A stretch of DNA of 64,000 bases from Candidatus Latescibacterota bacterium (lineage in GTDB: Bacteria > Latescibacterota > UBA2968 > UBA8231). The stretch spans positions 704,001 to 768,000 of the forward strand of contig CBDFJF010000002.1 in assembly GCA_965248265.1 (NCBI GenBank), written 5' to 3'. The notes beneath the pieces are model-generated. The model saw only the letters and a list, made by a program, of their open reading frames with translations. It was not told where the DNA came from and made no database searches. The stretch's first letter is position 1. Each line of letters begins with the position of its first letter. The position numbers and the translations under genes were made by a program. Shown here piece after piece: positions 36,558-46,454 of this stretch.

Positions 36558-37931
36558 TCACTCGATACCAGGGGAGGAAGGCTCGGCGTCTTCCGTCGGC
36601 ATGCCACCCAGATCTTCGAGGACGAGGGTCGGGTCTCGCAGGGCGACGCGATCGTCGGGCCCCAGACCCTCCTCGACGATGACGAAGTTGTCGTTGCGTG
36701 CCCCCAGAACGATCTCGCGCTCTTCGTTCGCACCCCCGCCCACCACGTAGACGAGGGTCTTGCCGTCCTTGTCGAAGACGGCGTCCAGCGGTATGTAGAG
36801 GGGATAGCCAACGAACTCTTTCTCCGTCAGCGGTGGTTGCACGGAGTCGGACTCCGTGGCTTCGGGCAGCTCGGGTACCGTCTCGATGATGATCTGTGAT
36901 ACGGCAGACATTCCCGGTTTGAGTCGCTTGTCCTCCTTGTCGAGTCCGATGGACACGTCGAAGATCTTGACGTTGCGGTCTCCCTCTCTTTCGTGCCCTA
37001 GCGTGGCGATGTGGGTGATTTCGCCCCCAAAAACAGGACCGGGCAAGGCGTCTAGTTGCACCAGTGCCTGCTGTCCCTCCTCGAGTTTGTCGACGTCGAC
37101 TTCGTTGACGTAGGTCTTTACCCGCATCTGACTCAGATCCGGCAGTGACATTAGTGTGGCGCCACCCCAGGGCTCGTCACCGACGCGAATCTTCTCGATG
37201 CGGCCGCCCTTCCAGATCTTGTCGTAGACGACGATGCCGGGGTGCTCGGCGTGGACTGACAGGCTCTCGAAATCCTCCGAGGCTTTGTCCAGATTGCGCT
37301 GGCGCGCATCCACCAGGATATCCTGCTTTTTGCGCTCCGCTTCATCGATAATCCTCTGGGCCTCGAGCTTGTCGATGGCCTGCTGCAGGCTCAATGAGGC
37401 CTGCTTGGCCTTCAATTTCACTTCCTCCTTCTCGACGAACGACTCGAACTCCATTTTCTCCACCTGGAGCTCGGCCAGTCGCAGTTCGGCTTCCCGGTTC
37501 TCGATATCCGCCTCTTGCCGTCCGATCTCGACACGCTGCGTGGCCAGTTTCTGCACGCGCTCGGCTTCGGTTGCCGCGAGCTCTTGCTGGGCTTCTGTGA
37601 CGCGTTTTTCGAACTCGGATTTTTCGAACTCGATAAGCAGGTCGCCTACTTCGACCCGGTCGCCCTCCGGGAAGAGCTCGGTGATTTTCAGCTGCCCATG
37701 GACCCTCGGTGCGTGGATTTCCACCGCCTCAACGGCTTCGAGCTCACCGCTCTTCAACTTCAGCGAGATCACAAACTCACCCTGACGCACGGGAAACGAA
37801 GCGACGGCCGCACTCTCGGGTGGTGCGAGCAGTTGCAGAATCCCCGCTATCGCGAATACGAGAAGGAAGATGGAACCTACGATGACCCATACCCGCTTGG
37901 GCGATCGTTGCGCTATCGGCGACTGAGCCAT
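36558..37931 (-). CDS. Periplasmic adaptor (membrane fusion protein), MacA-like
   Basis: N-terminal TM, lipoyl halves (PEG..V..GD), coiled-coil hairpin, LKPGMSA, GL..DDRV.L..P. Confidence 0.88.
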   Translation of the reverse strand: MAQSPIAQRSPKRVWVIVGSIFLLVFAIAGILQLLAPPESAAVASFPVRQGEFVISLKLKSGELEAVEAVEIHAPRVHGQLKITELFPEGDRVEVGDLLIEFEKSEFEKRVTEAQQELAATEAERVQKLATQRVEIGRQEADIENREAELRLAELQVEKMEFESFVEKEEVKLKAKQASLSLQQAIDKLEAQRIIDEAERKKQDILVDARQRNLDKASEDFESLSVHAEHPGIVVYDKIWKGGRIEKIRVGDEPWGGATLMSLPDLSQMRVKTYVNEVDVDKLEEGQQALVQLDALPGPVFGGEITHIATLGHEREGDRNVKIFDVSIGLDKEDKRLKPGMSAVSQIIIETVPELPEATESDSVQPPLTEKEFVGYPLYIPLDAVFDKDGKTLVYVVGGGANEEREIVLGARNDNFVIVEEGLGPDDRVALRDPTLVLEDLGGMPTEDAEPSSPGIE

Positions 37932-37940
37932 CTACAGTCC

Positions 37941-39176
37941 TCAGTTGAGTGTGGGATCGCCCAGGGCGATGACGTCGCCCATCTGCAGGCCCTGCTCCAC
38001 GACAACCGCGGTGGCGTTGCGTTTTCCCAACACGACCGCCCGGGGTTCGAATGAGCTTCCCTGCAAATGGTAGACGAACGGTTTCCCCTCAGCATCCCAG
38101 TGCAGGGATGGCAGCGGCGCGGAGACGACGTCCTCGAGTGTCTGGACCAGGATCTCGACCGAGGCCGACATGCCCGGGTACAACCTGGGGTCTTGCTCTT
38201 TGATGTCCACGACCATCACGAAGACCTGCACATTTTCTGCGCCGCGGTCCTTGATCGCCATCGGCGCCACGTTGGAGACGACACCGTGAAAAACCGGACC
38301 CGGGAAGGCCTCCAACTCGATCAGGGCATCCATGCCGACGTCGACCATGTGCACATCCATCTCGCCCACCTGTGAGATCACGTGCATGACGGTGAGGTCC
38401 GGAAAGGTCATGACGGCGACTCCGCCCCACACCGTGTCCCCCTCCTTGATCTTCTCCAGGCGGTTCTCAGCACCCTTCTCCATCTTCTCGTGCACCAGGA
38501 TGCCGGGCCTGTCGGCGTACACCGTCAGGCGGGCGTAGTCCTTCTTCGCTTTGTCGTAGTGTTTCTGAGCCTGCCCTATACGGAGTAGCAGGTTCGCCAT
38601 CTGCGCTTCGTTTATCAGGTAACGGGCTTGCAGTGACTCCCGCGACTCCTTGACGCTGCGTTCGGCCTGCTTCAACCGGATCAGCCGTGTCTCCTTTTCG
38701 ATCGGCGAGGCGTATGCCGCTTTGCGCACGCTGATTCTGGACAGTTCGAGGGCTGCCGAGCGCTGCTCAATCTGCATCTCGAGCTCCGACACCTTCTGGC
38801 GCTGGTCGGCCCGGGCGCTCGCGAGATCGACCGTCGTCTGCTGCAGTCGCTCCTCACGTTCCTTGAGCCGATTCTCAAAGTCGCCGCGGTCGTATTGCAG
38901 GATGAGGTCTCCAACCTCGACGCGCTCGCCCTCCGGCCACATGTGGACGATCGTCAAGCGTCCGCCTACCCGCGGCGAAGTGATGCGTTCGTTCCTGGTT
39001 GCCCAGACCTCACCTGACTCAAAGTGCGAGACGCGGAATTCACCGCGGGAAACGGTGTGAGTCGAGATGGCCTCGTCGGTCGTTCCCCCGCATGTCAGCG
39101 TGCCCGCCAGCAGGGCCACCAGTATCAGTGCGGCCAGCCCGGCCACGATCCGTCCGCTTGATGGCACCGGGCCCAT
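37941..39176 (-). CDS. Periplasmic adaptor (membrane fusion protein), MacA-like, second paralogue
   Basis: PEGERVEVGD, coiled coil, LYPGMSA, GL..GD.IAL.DP. Confidence 0.88.
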   Translation of the reverse strand: MGPVPSSGRIVAGLAALILVALLAGTLTCGGTTDEAISTHTVSRGEFRVSHFESGEVWATRNERITSPRVGGRLTIVHMWPEGERVEVGDLILQYDRGDFENRLKEREERLQQTTVDLASARADQRQKVSELEMQIEQRSAALELSRISVRKAAYASPIEKETRLIRLKQAERSVKESRESLQARYLINEAQMANLLLRIGQAQKHYDKAKKDYARLTVYADRPGILVHEKMEKGAENRLEKIKEGDTVWGGVAVMTFPDLTVMHVISQVGEMDVHMVDVGMDALIELEAFPGPVFHGVVSNVAPMAIKDRGAENVQVFVMVVDIKEQDPRLYPGMSASVEILVQTLEDVVSAPLPSLHWDAEGKPFVYHLQGSSFEPRAVVLGKRNATAVVVEQGLQMGDVIALGDPTLN

Positions 39177-39181
39177 CTCCG

Positions 39182-39880
39182 TCAGCTGGCCGATGGTTGA
39201 CGGGGAAGATCGCTCTCCACCAGACCGTCACGCAGGCGTACGACACGGTGGGCGTGCGCGGCGACGTGCTCTTCGTGGGTGACGACGAGGACCGTGTTAC
39301 CATCCGCGTGCAGCTGATCGAACAATTCCATGATTTCCTGCCCCGTTTTTGTGTCGAGGGCGCCGGTGGGTTCGTCGGCGAGGATCAACGCCGGTCCGTT
39401 CGACAGCGCTCGGGCTACGGCCACGCGCTGTTTCTGGCCACCTGAAAGCTCATTGGGGCGGTGGTGCATACGGTCGGCCAGGCCGACGGCAGCGAGTACT
39501 TCCTCGGCCCGGGCGCGGCGATCCTGAGCACTCATACCGGCATACACCAGGGGCAACTCAACGTTGCGCAGCGCGTCGGACCGCGGCAACAGGTGAAAGG
39601 TCTGAAAAACGAAGCCGATTTCCTGATTGCGCACGTCAGCGAGCTCGTCATCGGCCATGTCGTCGACGCGTCTTCCATTGAGTCTGTAGGTTCCGCTCGT
39701 CGACACGTCGAGGCAGCCGATGATGTTCATGAGCGTCGATTTTCCGGAGCCTGAGGGTCCCATGATGGCGACATACTCGTTGCGCTCTATGCCCAGCGAA
39801 ACACCCTGCAGGGCGCGCACTTCGGTGGCGCCCATGTCGTAGTGTTTCTTGAGGTCTTCAATCTCGATGACGGCTTGCAT
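39182..39880 (-). CDS. ABC transporter ATP-binding protein (LolD/MacB-type)
   Basis: [34 protein letters not shown]. Confidence 0.96.
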   Translation of the reverse strand: MQAVIEIEDLKKHYDMGATEVRALQGVSLGIERNEYVAIMGPSGSGKSTLMNIIGCLDVSTSGTYRLNGRRVDDMADDELADVRNQEIGFVFQTFHLLPRSDALRNVELPLVYAGMSAQDRRARAEEVLAAVGLADRMHHRPNELSGGQKQRVAVARALSNGPALILADEPTGALDTKTGQEIMELFDQLHADGNTVLVVTHEEHVAAHAHRVVRLRDGLVESDLPRQPSAS

Positions 39881-39888
39881 CTACGGCC

Positions 39889-40539
39889 TCACGGAATGGT
39901 CAGAAGCTCGGTTTCGAGCCAACCCGCCAGCGTGTCACCGTGCACTTCGACGGACGACCATCCGTCCGCCTGCTCTCCCTGCAGCACGATGGTGCCCACT
40001 TCGAGCGATGCCACCCTCCTATGGCTGTACCCCGGGCCGCCGTACAATGTGGTGGTGTCTCCGACTACGGCGATTCGGTCGTGCAGCTCGTCGACGGTAC
40101 GCGTGAACGTGTAGAGGGCGTCGCGGGCGTAATCGTTGTGCTCGGAAATACGGATCCGGTACAGCGTGTTCAGACGCCAGGTGATACCAAGGTTGCGGCC
40201 TGTAGCGCGCCGCAGTTCCAGTGTGGAATCAGCGAACGCCGAATCAACCACGACACCCTGAACCTGAAAACGGCAGGTTACCAGGGCCTCGGTGTCCGGG
40301 TTGCGGGGACTGGGTCGGGCCTCCCAACCGATGAATTCGGCATTCTTATAGGCTTTGAGCGCGTAGGCCCGCGAGAGGATCTCGAAATTGGCCGTTATGC
40401 CACGGTACTCGCACTCTGCCCAGCGAACACGGTCGATGTCCAATCCGGGGATTCTCTGGTCGTGGGGAGCCGGGTCCGGCAGAAGGATGGAGGCGGTGAC
40501 GGCGAGGGCCGCCATCCGTGCGGTGACCAGGGACACCAT
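39889..40539 (-). CDS. Exported protein with C-terminal bacterial SH3-like domain
   Basis: Signal-like N-terminus; LY.GPG......L..G........DGW..V......GW matches the SH3b pattern. Confidence 0.65.
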   Translation of the reverse strand: MVSLVTARMAALAVTASILLPDPAPHDQRIPGLDIDRVRWAECEYRGITANFEILSRAYALKAYKNAEFIGWEARPSPRNPDTEALVTCRFQVQGVVVDSAFADSTLELRRATGRNLGITWRLNTLYRIRISEHNDYARDALYTFTRTVDELHDRIAVVGDTTTLYGGPGYSHRRVASLEVGTIVLQGEQADGWSSVEVHGDTLAGWLETELLTIP

Positions 40540-40766
40540 GGCATCTCAGTTCAGGTAGGTTGATGCTTACCCCCTTGGATAACCCTATAACGAACTCTGT
40601 AGGTTTAACAATGTCAACTATTTAGTAGTGCATTACCCCTCTGGCCTCGGCCGTCAAGGACCGGGCATAGGTGGACCCGGCGTGCGAGGGCCGGCCAGGA
40701 TATGGATATTTCAAGCAGCGTGCGATTTCGTGGTGACACTCTGAGGCCCTTGACGTGTTAAAGTAA

Positions 40767-41261
40767 ATGAGCGCCAGGACAGACATCGATATCGAAGAGC
40801 TTTACCAGAGGTATGGACCGATGGTCCTGCGGCGATGCAGGCAGCTGCTGGGGGATGAGGATGAGGCCCTCGATGCGATGCAGGACGTGTTCGTGCAGAT
40901 GCTGACCCACAAGGACCGCATGAAGGTCGAGTACCCGTCGAGCCTTCTCTACCGGATTGCGACCAACCTGAGCCTCAATAAGATTCGCTCCCGGAAACGC
41001 CGGCCGGATACTCCTGGCGAAGAGTTTTTACAACAGGTCGCTGACCTGGATGAGTTAGAGCCGAAGCTGGAAGCACGGTCCGTACTGGCGGCACTCTTTG
41101 GCCGCCATCCGGAATCGACCAGAACCATAGCCGTCCTTCACTACCGTGATGGCATGACGCTGGAGGAAGTCGCCAACGAGGTTGGGATGTCCGTATCAGG
41201 AGTTCGCAAGCGTTTGCGCAATCTGCGCGGCAGTTTGAAAGAAGTCTTAGAGGACACATGA
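40767..41261 (+). CDS. ECF sigma-70 family sigma factor
   Basis: LYQRYGPMVLRRCRQLL.DEDEALDAMQDVF, LYRIATN..LN, region 4 DGMTLEEVA..VG.S...VRKRL. Confidence 0.95.
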   Translation: MSARTDIDIEELYQRYGPMVLRRCRQLLGDEDEALDAMQDVFVQMLTHKDRMKVEYPSSLLYRIATNLSLNKIRSRKRRPDTPGEEFLQQVADLDELEPKLEARSVLAALFGRHPESTRTIAVLHYRDGMTLEEVANEVGMSVSGVRKRLRNLRGSLKEVLEDT

Positions 41262-42097
41262 CGACGGAAAATCAACATCCGAACGTGCCAGACTGGAAGC
41301 TCGAGCGCTTCCTGCTCGGAGAGCTGCCCGCGGATGAGATGGATCGCATCCGCGACCGGGTCGATGGGGATCCGACGCTGGAGCGCCAACTTCAGAGCCT
41401 GCGTGCCGACGATGATGAGGTGCGCGAGCGCTATCCCGCCGCCTGGATGGCGCGTCAGATCGAGCGTCGGGCAACCCAATCGACCGTGCAGGAAGTCCGG
41501 ATGCCGTCCTCCTCGTCCGTCCAGTGGTCGCGGTTGTGGCCGGTACCTGCCGCCGTCGGCTTGGCCGCCATGCTGGCTTTCGTCGACATCGGAGATGACA
41601 CCCGTGATGGTGATGGTGTCGGGCAAGATCCGATACCGGGAATTCGCCTCAAAGGGAGCGGTCCCCGACTCAGCCTTCACCGCAAGATCGACAACGGCAG
41701 TGAGCAGCTGCATGACGGAGGTATAGGTCGAAGCGGCGACCTGATACAGGTTCGCTACCACGCTGCCGGTCGTTCGTATGGCGCTATTCTGTCCGTCGAC
41801 GGCAACGGTGCGGTGACACTGCACCATCCCTCTGTGGGCGATCAGGCACAACTGCTGCAGACGGCCGGGCTGGTGTCGCTGGCGTTTTCCATAGAACTGG
41901 ATGATGCCCCGCATTGGGAGCGGTTCTACTTCGTCACTTCCCACACCGAGTTTGAGTTGGCCGCGCTACTCGATGCCGCCGCCGCCGCCGGGTTGGCGCG
42001 CCGCGATTCGCTCGAGCTCGACAACGACGCGCTGGAGCAGTTCATCATGACATTGAACAAGGAGCCGCTGCAACAAGCCGCAGGAGGTGGGTCATGA
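41258..42097 (+). CDS. Membrane-anchored anti-sigma factor-like protein with extracytoplasmic DUF4384-like domain (ActD-like)
   Basis: N-terminal LERFLLGEL anti-sigma-like helices without Zn ligands, single TM, R.KG, GD.IQ..Y...Y..ILSVDG.G.VT.H.P, S.ELDDAP..ERF. ATGA overlap with the sigma gene. Confidence 0.75.
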   Translation: MTTENQHPNVPDWKLERFLLGELPADEMDRIRDRVDGDPTLERQLQSLRADDDEVRERYPAAWMARQIERRATQSTVQEVRMPSSSSVQWSRLWPVPAAVGLAAMLAFVDIGDDTRDGDGVGQDPIPGIRLKGSGPRLSLHRKIDNGSEQLHDGGIGRSGDLIQVRYHAAGRSYGAILSVDGNGAVTLHHPSVGDQAQLLQTAGLVSLAFSIELDDAPHWERFYFVTSHTEFELAALLDAAAAAGLARRDSLELDNDALEQFIMTLNKEPLQQAAGGGS

Positions 42098-43875
42098 TCC
42101 CGGGCACGCTCGTCCGCAGCGGAGCGCTCGCGGCCATGGTTGTTGTCGGTCTTGCGATAGAACCCGTGTTCGGAGTCGAATCGATGCGCCGATTCGTGCT
42201 CGCGGCAGGCGCCAATCTCGGAGGTCAACACCGCATCCCACTGCAATACGCGATCTCCGATGCCGAGAAATTCACCGATGTGATGGTGGCGATGGGTGGC
42301 GTGCGCGCGACAGATCGCGTGCTGCTGTCGGACCCTGATCGCTCGGGATTTCAGCGCGCGGTCGAGGAATTGCGGACCCAGGTGGCGGCTGCCAAGCTCG
42401 AGGCCCGGCGCACCGAGGTCCTCGTCTACTATTCGGGGCACGCTGACGAGGAGGGTTTACTGATCGGCGAGGAACGGCTCGGTTACCGGGAGCTGCGGGG
42501 GTTGATGGATCGCATCGACGCGGACGTGCGCATCGCCATCCTGGATGCCTGTGCCTCGGGGGCCATCACCCGTATAAAGGGTGGTACCCGTCGCAATGCC
42601 TTCGAGGTGGACACCTCCTCCGACATGCGCGGCTATGCCTTCCTGACCTCGAGTTCGGCGGAGGAAACAGCTCAGGAATCGGATCGCATCCAGGCCTCCT
42701 TCTTCACGCATTACCTGGTATCGGGCATGCGGGGTGGAGCCGACGTGTCCGGAGACGGCAAGGTGACGCTGAACGAAGCCTATCAGTTTGCCTACAACGA
42801 GACCTTGAATCGGACGGTGGAGTCCCAGGGTGGAGCTCAACACCCGGCCTATCATATCAATCTCTCCGGCACAGGCGATGTCGTCATGACGGACGTCCGT
42901 CAGACATCGGCGGGCCTGGTTTTGGGAGAGGGACTGAACGGCCGGGTTTTTCTGCGCAATGCTGATGACCAGCTTGTGGCCGAGCTGCATAAACCCGAAG
43001 GGCGGATCGTCGAAATCGCCCTCGAGGCGGGTGCCTACGGGATTCACCTGGAGCACAAGGAGGATCTGTTCGTCGCCCGAACAGATGTGGTCAAGGGACA
43101 GCGAACCGAGCTGGTGCGATCGCAATTCACTCCGGTGACACGGGAACAGACCGCCATGCGCGGGTTGCCCGGTGGCCGGCGAACGTATTCAGACCCGCGC
43201 GCGGCGATGCTGCCGTTCGGTGGATTGGCGGGCCGGGCCCGGCTGGAGTTCCATCTGGGAACCGTCGGCCCGCAGCCGAAACTGCTGCCGGATTCGGGGG
43301 AGGAGAATCTACGCGGGCAGGAAACCGCCGATACCGAGGGCACCGCGGACTTCACTCCCATCCCGGTGGCGAACGTCGATCCCTGGAGCGTGCTCTCCGG
43401 TCTGACTCTCGGCTGTTGGATAACGGAGGACTTTTCCGTCAACCTGAGCTACTCGGCGCTGGGCAGTGAGGTCGCCAACATTGTTGGGCCTCCCAGTGTC
43501 GATTCCAGACTGAGCCGCGTCGACATCAGCTTGGCCTCCGTACAGTTGGGCGTGGGCCGGCATTTCGATCTACCATACCTGTCGCCGCTATTGAAGGCCC
43601 AGGTCTCGACCTCGGTCGGCTCGTTCATCGGCCATGTCGACGGGCGAACGGTCGGTGAAGCACCGCTGGCCTGGAAGCGCACCATGCGTTCCGTGGGTGG
43701 CCAGATCGGTGCAGGCATCGATCTTCAGATCAACCGCCATGTCATGCTGGGTGCTCGCGGTGGCTACAATCTCATGGCCGATTTCGAAGAGCCATTGGGT
43801 GGCCGCGACAACTACAGCGGCGCCGAGTTCAGCCTCGGGTTGAGCTGGCTCTTCGGCGGAGGCATTCCCAGGTAG
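42094..43875 (+). CDS. Exported caspase-family (peptidase C14) protease with C-terminal outer-membrane beta-barrel-like domain
   Basis: Signal peptide, L.YA..DA, catalytic dyad YYSGHAD and ILDACASG, SFFTH.LVSG.RG.AD..GDGKVTL.EAY, Q.P. C-terminal alternating beta-strands end in FSLGLSWLF. Confidence 0.85.
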   Translation: MIPGTLVRSGALAAMVVVGLAIEPVFGVESMRRFVLAAGANLGGQHRIPLQYAISDAEKFTDVMVAMGGVRATDRVLLSDPDRSGFQRAVEELRTQVAAAKLEARRTEVLVYYSGHADEEGLLIGEERLGYRELRGLMDRIDADVRIAILDACASGAITRIKGGTRRNAFEVDTSSDMRGYAFLTSSSAEETAQESDRIQASFFTHYLVSGMRGGADVSGDGKVTLNEAYQFAYNETLNRTVESQGGAQHPAYHINLSGTGDVVMTDVRQTSAGLVLGEGLNGRVFLRNADDQLVAELHKPEGRIVEIALEAGAYGIHLEHKEDLFVARTDVVKGQRTELVRSQFTPVTREQTAMRGLPGGRRTYSDPRAAMLPFGGLAGRARLEFHLGTVGPQPKLLPDSGEENLRGQETADTEGTADFTPIPVANVDPWSVLSGLTLGCWITEDFSVNLSYSALGSEVANIVGPPSVDSRLSRVDISLASVQLGVGRHFDLPYLSPLLKAQVSTSVGSFIGHVDGRTVGEAPLAWKRTMRSVGGQIGAGIDLQINRHVMLGARGGYNLMADFEEPLGGRDNYSGAEFSLGLSWLFGGGIPR

Positions 43876-43888
43876 CCCCTCGCAAACG

Positions 43889-45475
43889 TCAACGGCTCTC
43901 CCCCCACTCTCCAGGAGCGGTGATGCTGTCGAGGATCACCCGCCGTCCGAATGCCGCTTCCACCACTGGCAGGGCATTGCGTTCGGTATCCCACAACTCC
44001 ACTGCCGGATGCTCGTCCGCAATCAGGGTCAAACGCAGCTGGTCGTCCGTCCACGACGTGATGACGTCGTTGATGGCGGCATTGCGGCCACGTTCGAGGT
44101 ACTCGGCCAGACGAAGCACGGCAGCGAGTCGGCGCAGCAGTGTCAGGTCATCCTCATCCAGAACGGCCTCGTAACCAGCGGTGTCCGGTGTGCCCTTGCG
44201 GTGGTACCGCGCCAGCAGGGCAATCAGGGCAATCTCGCGTTGTGAAAAACCGGCCAGACCGTTGTACAGAATGAGGGTTTGGGAGTGCTTGTGATGGCCG
44301 TCATAGGCAATCGCGGTGCCCAAATCGTGCAGTAGAGCGCTGGCGTCGAGCAACTCTCGCTCTGCTGGGCCATAGCCGTGCAGCGGGACGAGTTGCTCGA
44401 ACAGACGGCTCGCGAGGTAACGCACATGATTCGCGTGCTGTTTCTGGTAGCGGTAGTTGCGCGCGATGTTGAGGACGCTGAAGCGCCTGACATCTGGGAT
44501 CACCGGATAGGGCAGATGCTGCCAGAAGTGCTCGCAGAAAATACCCTCTCGCAGCCCCCCGGTCGAAACGGTAATGGAGTCGACTCCGAGCGTGTCCATG
44601 ACCACCCGTACCACCAGGCTGCCCTGCAGGATGATATCGGCCCGGTCGGCGCTGAGGCCGGGGATATGCTGGCGTTCGTTCACGGACAGCCGGCGAAACT
44701 CGTCGATACTCTCGTCGACGGAAGTCCGGGTCAACGCGAAACCATGCAGAGTATGCAGGGGATTCATTTGACGCTCTGCTTCGATCTTGGCGAGGTTGCG
44801 GATAGTGCCCCCGATACCGACGAGGCCGGTACTCACCACTTGTTCGAGCCAGTCGATGGAGTTCAACTGGCCCTCGATTTCGGCCTCCAGCCGCCGCATA
44901 TCAGCCTTCTTCGGCGGATCGGAAATCGGGAATCGCTCTGTCAGCGCCAGGGCGCCCAGGGTCCGTGAAACCCCACGCTTGAAGCGGCCATCCTCGATCT
45001 CGCTGAGCTGGGCGCTACCGCCACCGATGTCGAGGATGGCGCCATCGCGCAGACCGGTGTCGTTGAGGGCTCCGATGGCGCCGTAATAGGCCTCGCGCTC
45101 ACCGTCGAGAACGCGCACCGTCAACCCGATCTCATCGCGCGCCTGTTCGACGAAGTCGGCGCCGTTGGCGGCATCGCGCACGGCACTCGTCGCCGTGGCC
45201 AGCACCACGTCGGTTTCGGTACTGTCGCAGAAACGCTTGAACAGCCGTAGAGTCGACAGGCCGCGGGCCATGGCGGCATCGCTGAGCCCTTCCTCCGTCA
45301 TGCCCTGACGGAGGCGGACGACCTCGCGTATTTCGTCTTCGAGACGGAAGGAGAAACCGGGAATCGCACTCAGAGCGATCAGCCGGGCCGTATTCGACCC
45401 GAGGTCAATGACGGCGACCCGGTGGCCGGCGGTCGTTACTGCTGGTGCCTGATCGACCTTGCCTGATTCGCTCAA
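43889..45475 (-). CDS. ppx: Ppx/GppA exopolyphosphatase with HD domain
   Basis: IDLGSNT, ATSAVRDA.N, DIGGGS, GGT, RADII, GLREG, LLHDLG. Confidence 0.94.
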   Translation of the reverse strand: MSESGKVDQAPAVTTAGHRVAVIDLGSNTARLIALSAIPGFSFRLEDEIREVVRLRQGMTEEGLSDAAMARGLSTLRLFKRFCDSTETDVVLATATSAVRDAANGADFVEQARDEIGLTVRVLDGEREAYYGAIGALNDTGLRDGAILDIGGGSAQLSEIEDGRFKRGVSRTLGALALTERFPISDPPKKADMRRLEAEIEGQLNSIDWLEQVVSTGLVGIGGTIRNLAKIEAERQMNPLHTLHGFALTRTSVDESIDEFRRLSVNERQHIPGLSADRADIILQGSLVVRVVMDTLGVDSITVSTGGLREGIFCEHFWQHLPYPVIPDVRRFSVLNIARNYRYQKQHANHVRYLASRLFEQLVPLHGYGPAERELLDASALLHDLGTAIAYDGHHKHSQTLILYNGLAGFSQREIALIALLARYHRKGTPDTAGYEAVLDEDDLTLLRRLAAVLRLAEYLERGRNAAINDVITSWTDDQLRLTLIADEHPAVELWDTERNALPVVEAAFGRRVILDSITAPGEWGESR

Positions 45476-45494
45476 ATCACCTCACGACATGGCG

Positions 45495-46454
45495 CTACTG
45501 GGTGAGGGCTGTCAGGTCGTATGGATTCGACCAGGCCTTGGCGCCATCCGGACCGATCACTTCGAACCGCACCCAGCGCCAGGGAGCGCTCAGCTTGATC
45601 GAGCCGCTCTCAAAGAGTTCTCCGTGCTCGTGGTAGGTCGCGCCCTTGGTGTCGGAGATCGCCATGAGACGCTGGGCGGGTGTGCTGCGGATGGTGGCCT
45701 CGAGGGAGGGTCCGTCATCTGTGTCGGTGCGGGTAATGGCGATGTCATGGATCTGGGGTCCCGTCGTGCTGTAGGAAGCGCCGCTCACGAGGGCTTCGAC
45801 CACGGCGTCCGACGAGCGTTCCTTCACCCGGGCCATTGTCCAGCCTTCGTAGGTGTCGGAACGGTCCTCTTCGCGTGCATGGGAGTCATCGTTGCACAGC
45901 GCCGGCATCGGGAGACCCTTCAGCATCATCCAGTCATCCCAGTGCACTCCGGATTCGCCTCTGCCCATGCGGCGGCAGGTCGAGTTGAACACCTCGATAC
46001 CGGCCAGGCCTTCCAGTGGGTAGGTGTCGCGGAGGATGTTGATTCGACTCCAATGGGGATGGGCGAGCCAGATGTTGCCCCCTTGCTCGCGTACCCGGTC
46101 TATGACGAGCTGTGGTGGCATGGTCGTGCTGTCCATGTCTTCGTGGATATTCAGTGCGACGAAATGGTGCACTTCTCCGCCAAAGGGATTTTTGGGGTGC
46201 AGCTCAGCTCCTTGAATCAGGATGAAGCCGTCAGGACAGTCGACGCTGTCGATGCGGGTTATATCGTAATGATCGGACAGACACAGAAAGTCATACCCCT
46301 GTCCAGCGTAGCCGTCGAGTCGCTCCTGCGGTTCCGCCTTGCCGTCGGAATTCGTCGTGTGCGAATGCAGGTTACCCTTAACCCACTCGTAGCCGTCTTC
46401 GTCTTTCAACGAGAATGGATCCGCCAGCGTCGCGGTACCGTTTCCATCGGTCAT
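45495..46454 (-). CDS. PHP-domain (CehA/McbA-like) metallohydrolase
   Basis: KGNLHSHTTNSDG, LSDH, AHP, IEVFN, DDSH, AWSNP. Confidence 0.88.
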   Translation of the reverse strand: MTDGNGTATLADPFSLKDEDGYEWVKGNLHSHTTNSDGKAEPQERLDGYAGQGYDFLCLSDHYDITRIDSVDCPDGFILIQGAELHPKNPFGGEVHHFVALNIHEDMDSTTMPPQLVIDRVREQGGNIWLAHPHWSRINILRDTYPLEGLAGIEVFNSTCRRMGRGESGVHWDDWMMLKGLPMPALCNDDSHAREEDRSDTYEGWTMARVKERSSDAVVEALVSGASYSTTGPQIHDIAITRTDTDDGPSLEATIRSTPAQRLMAISDTKGATYHEHGELFESGSIKLSAPWRWVRFEVIGPDGAKAWSNPYDLTALTQ

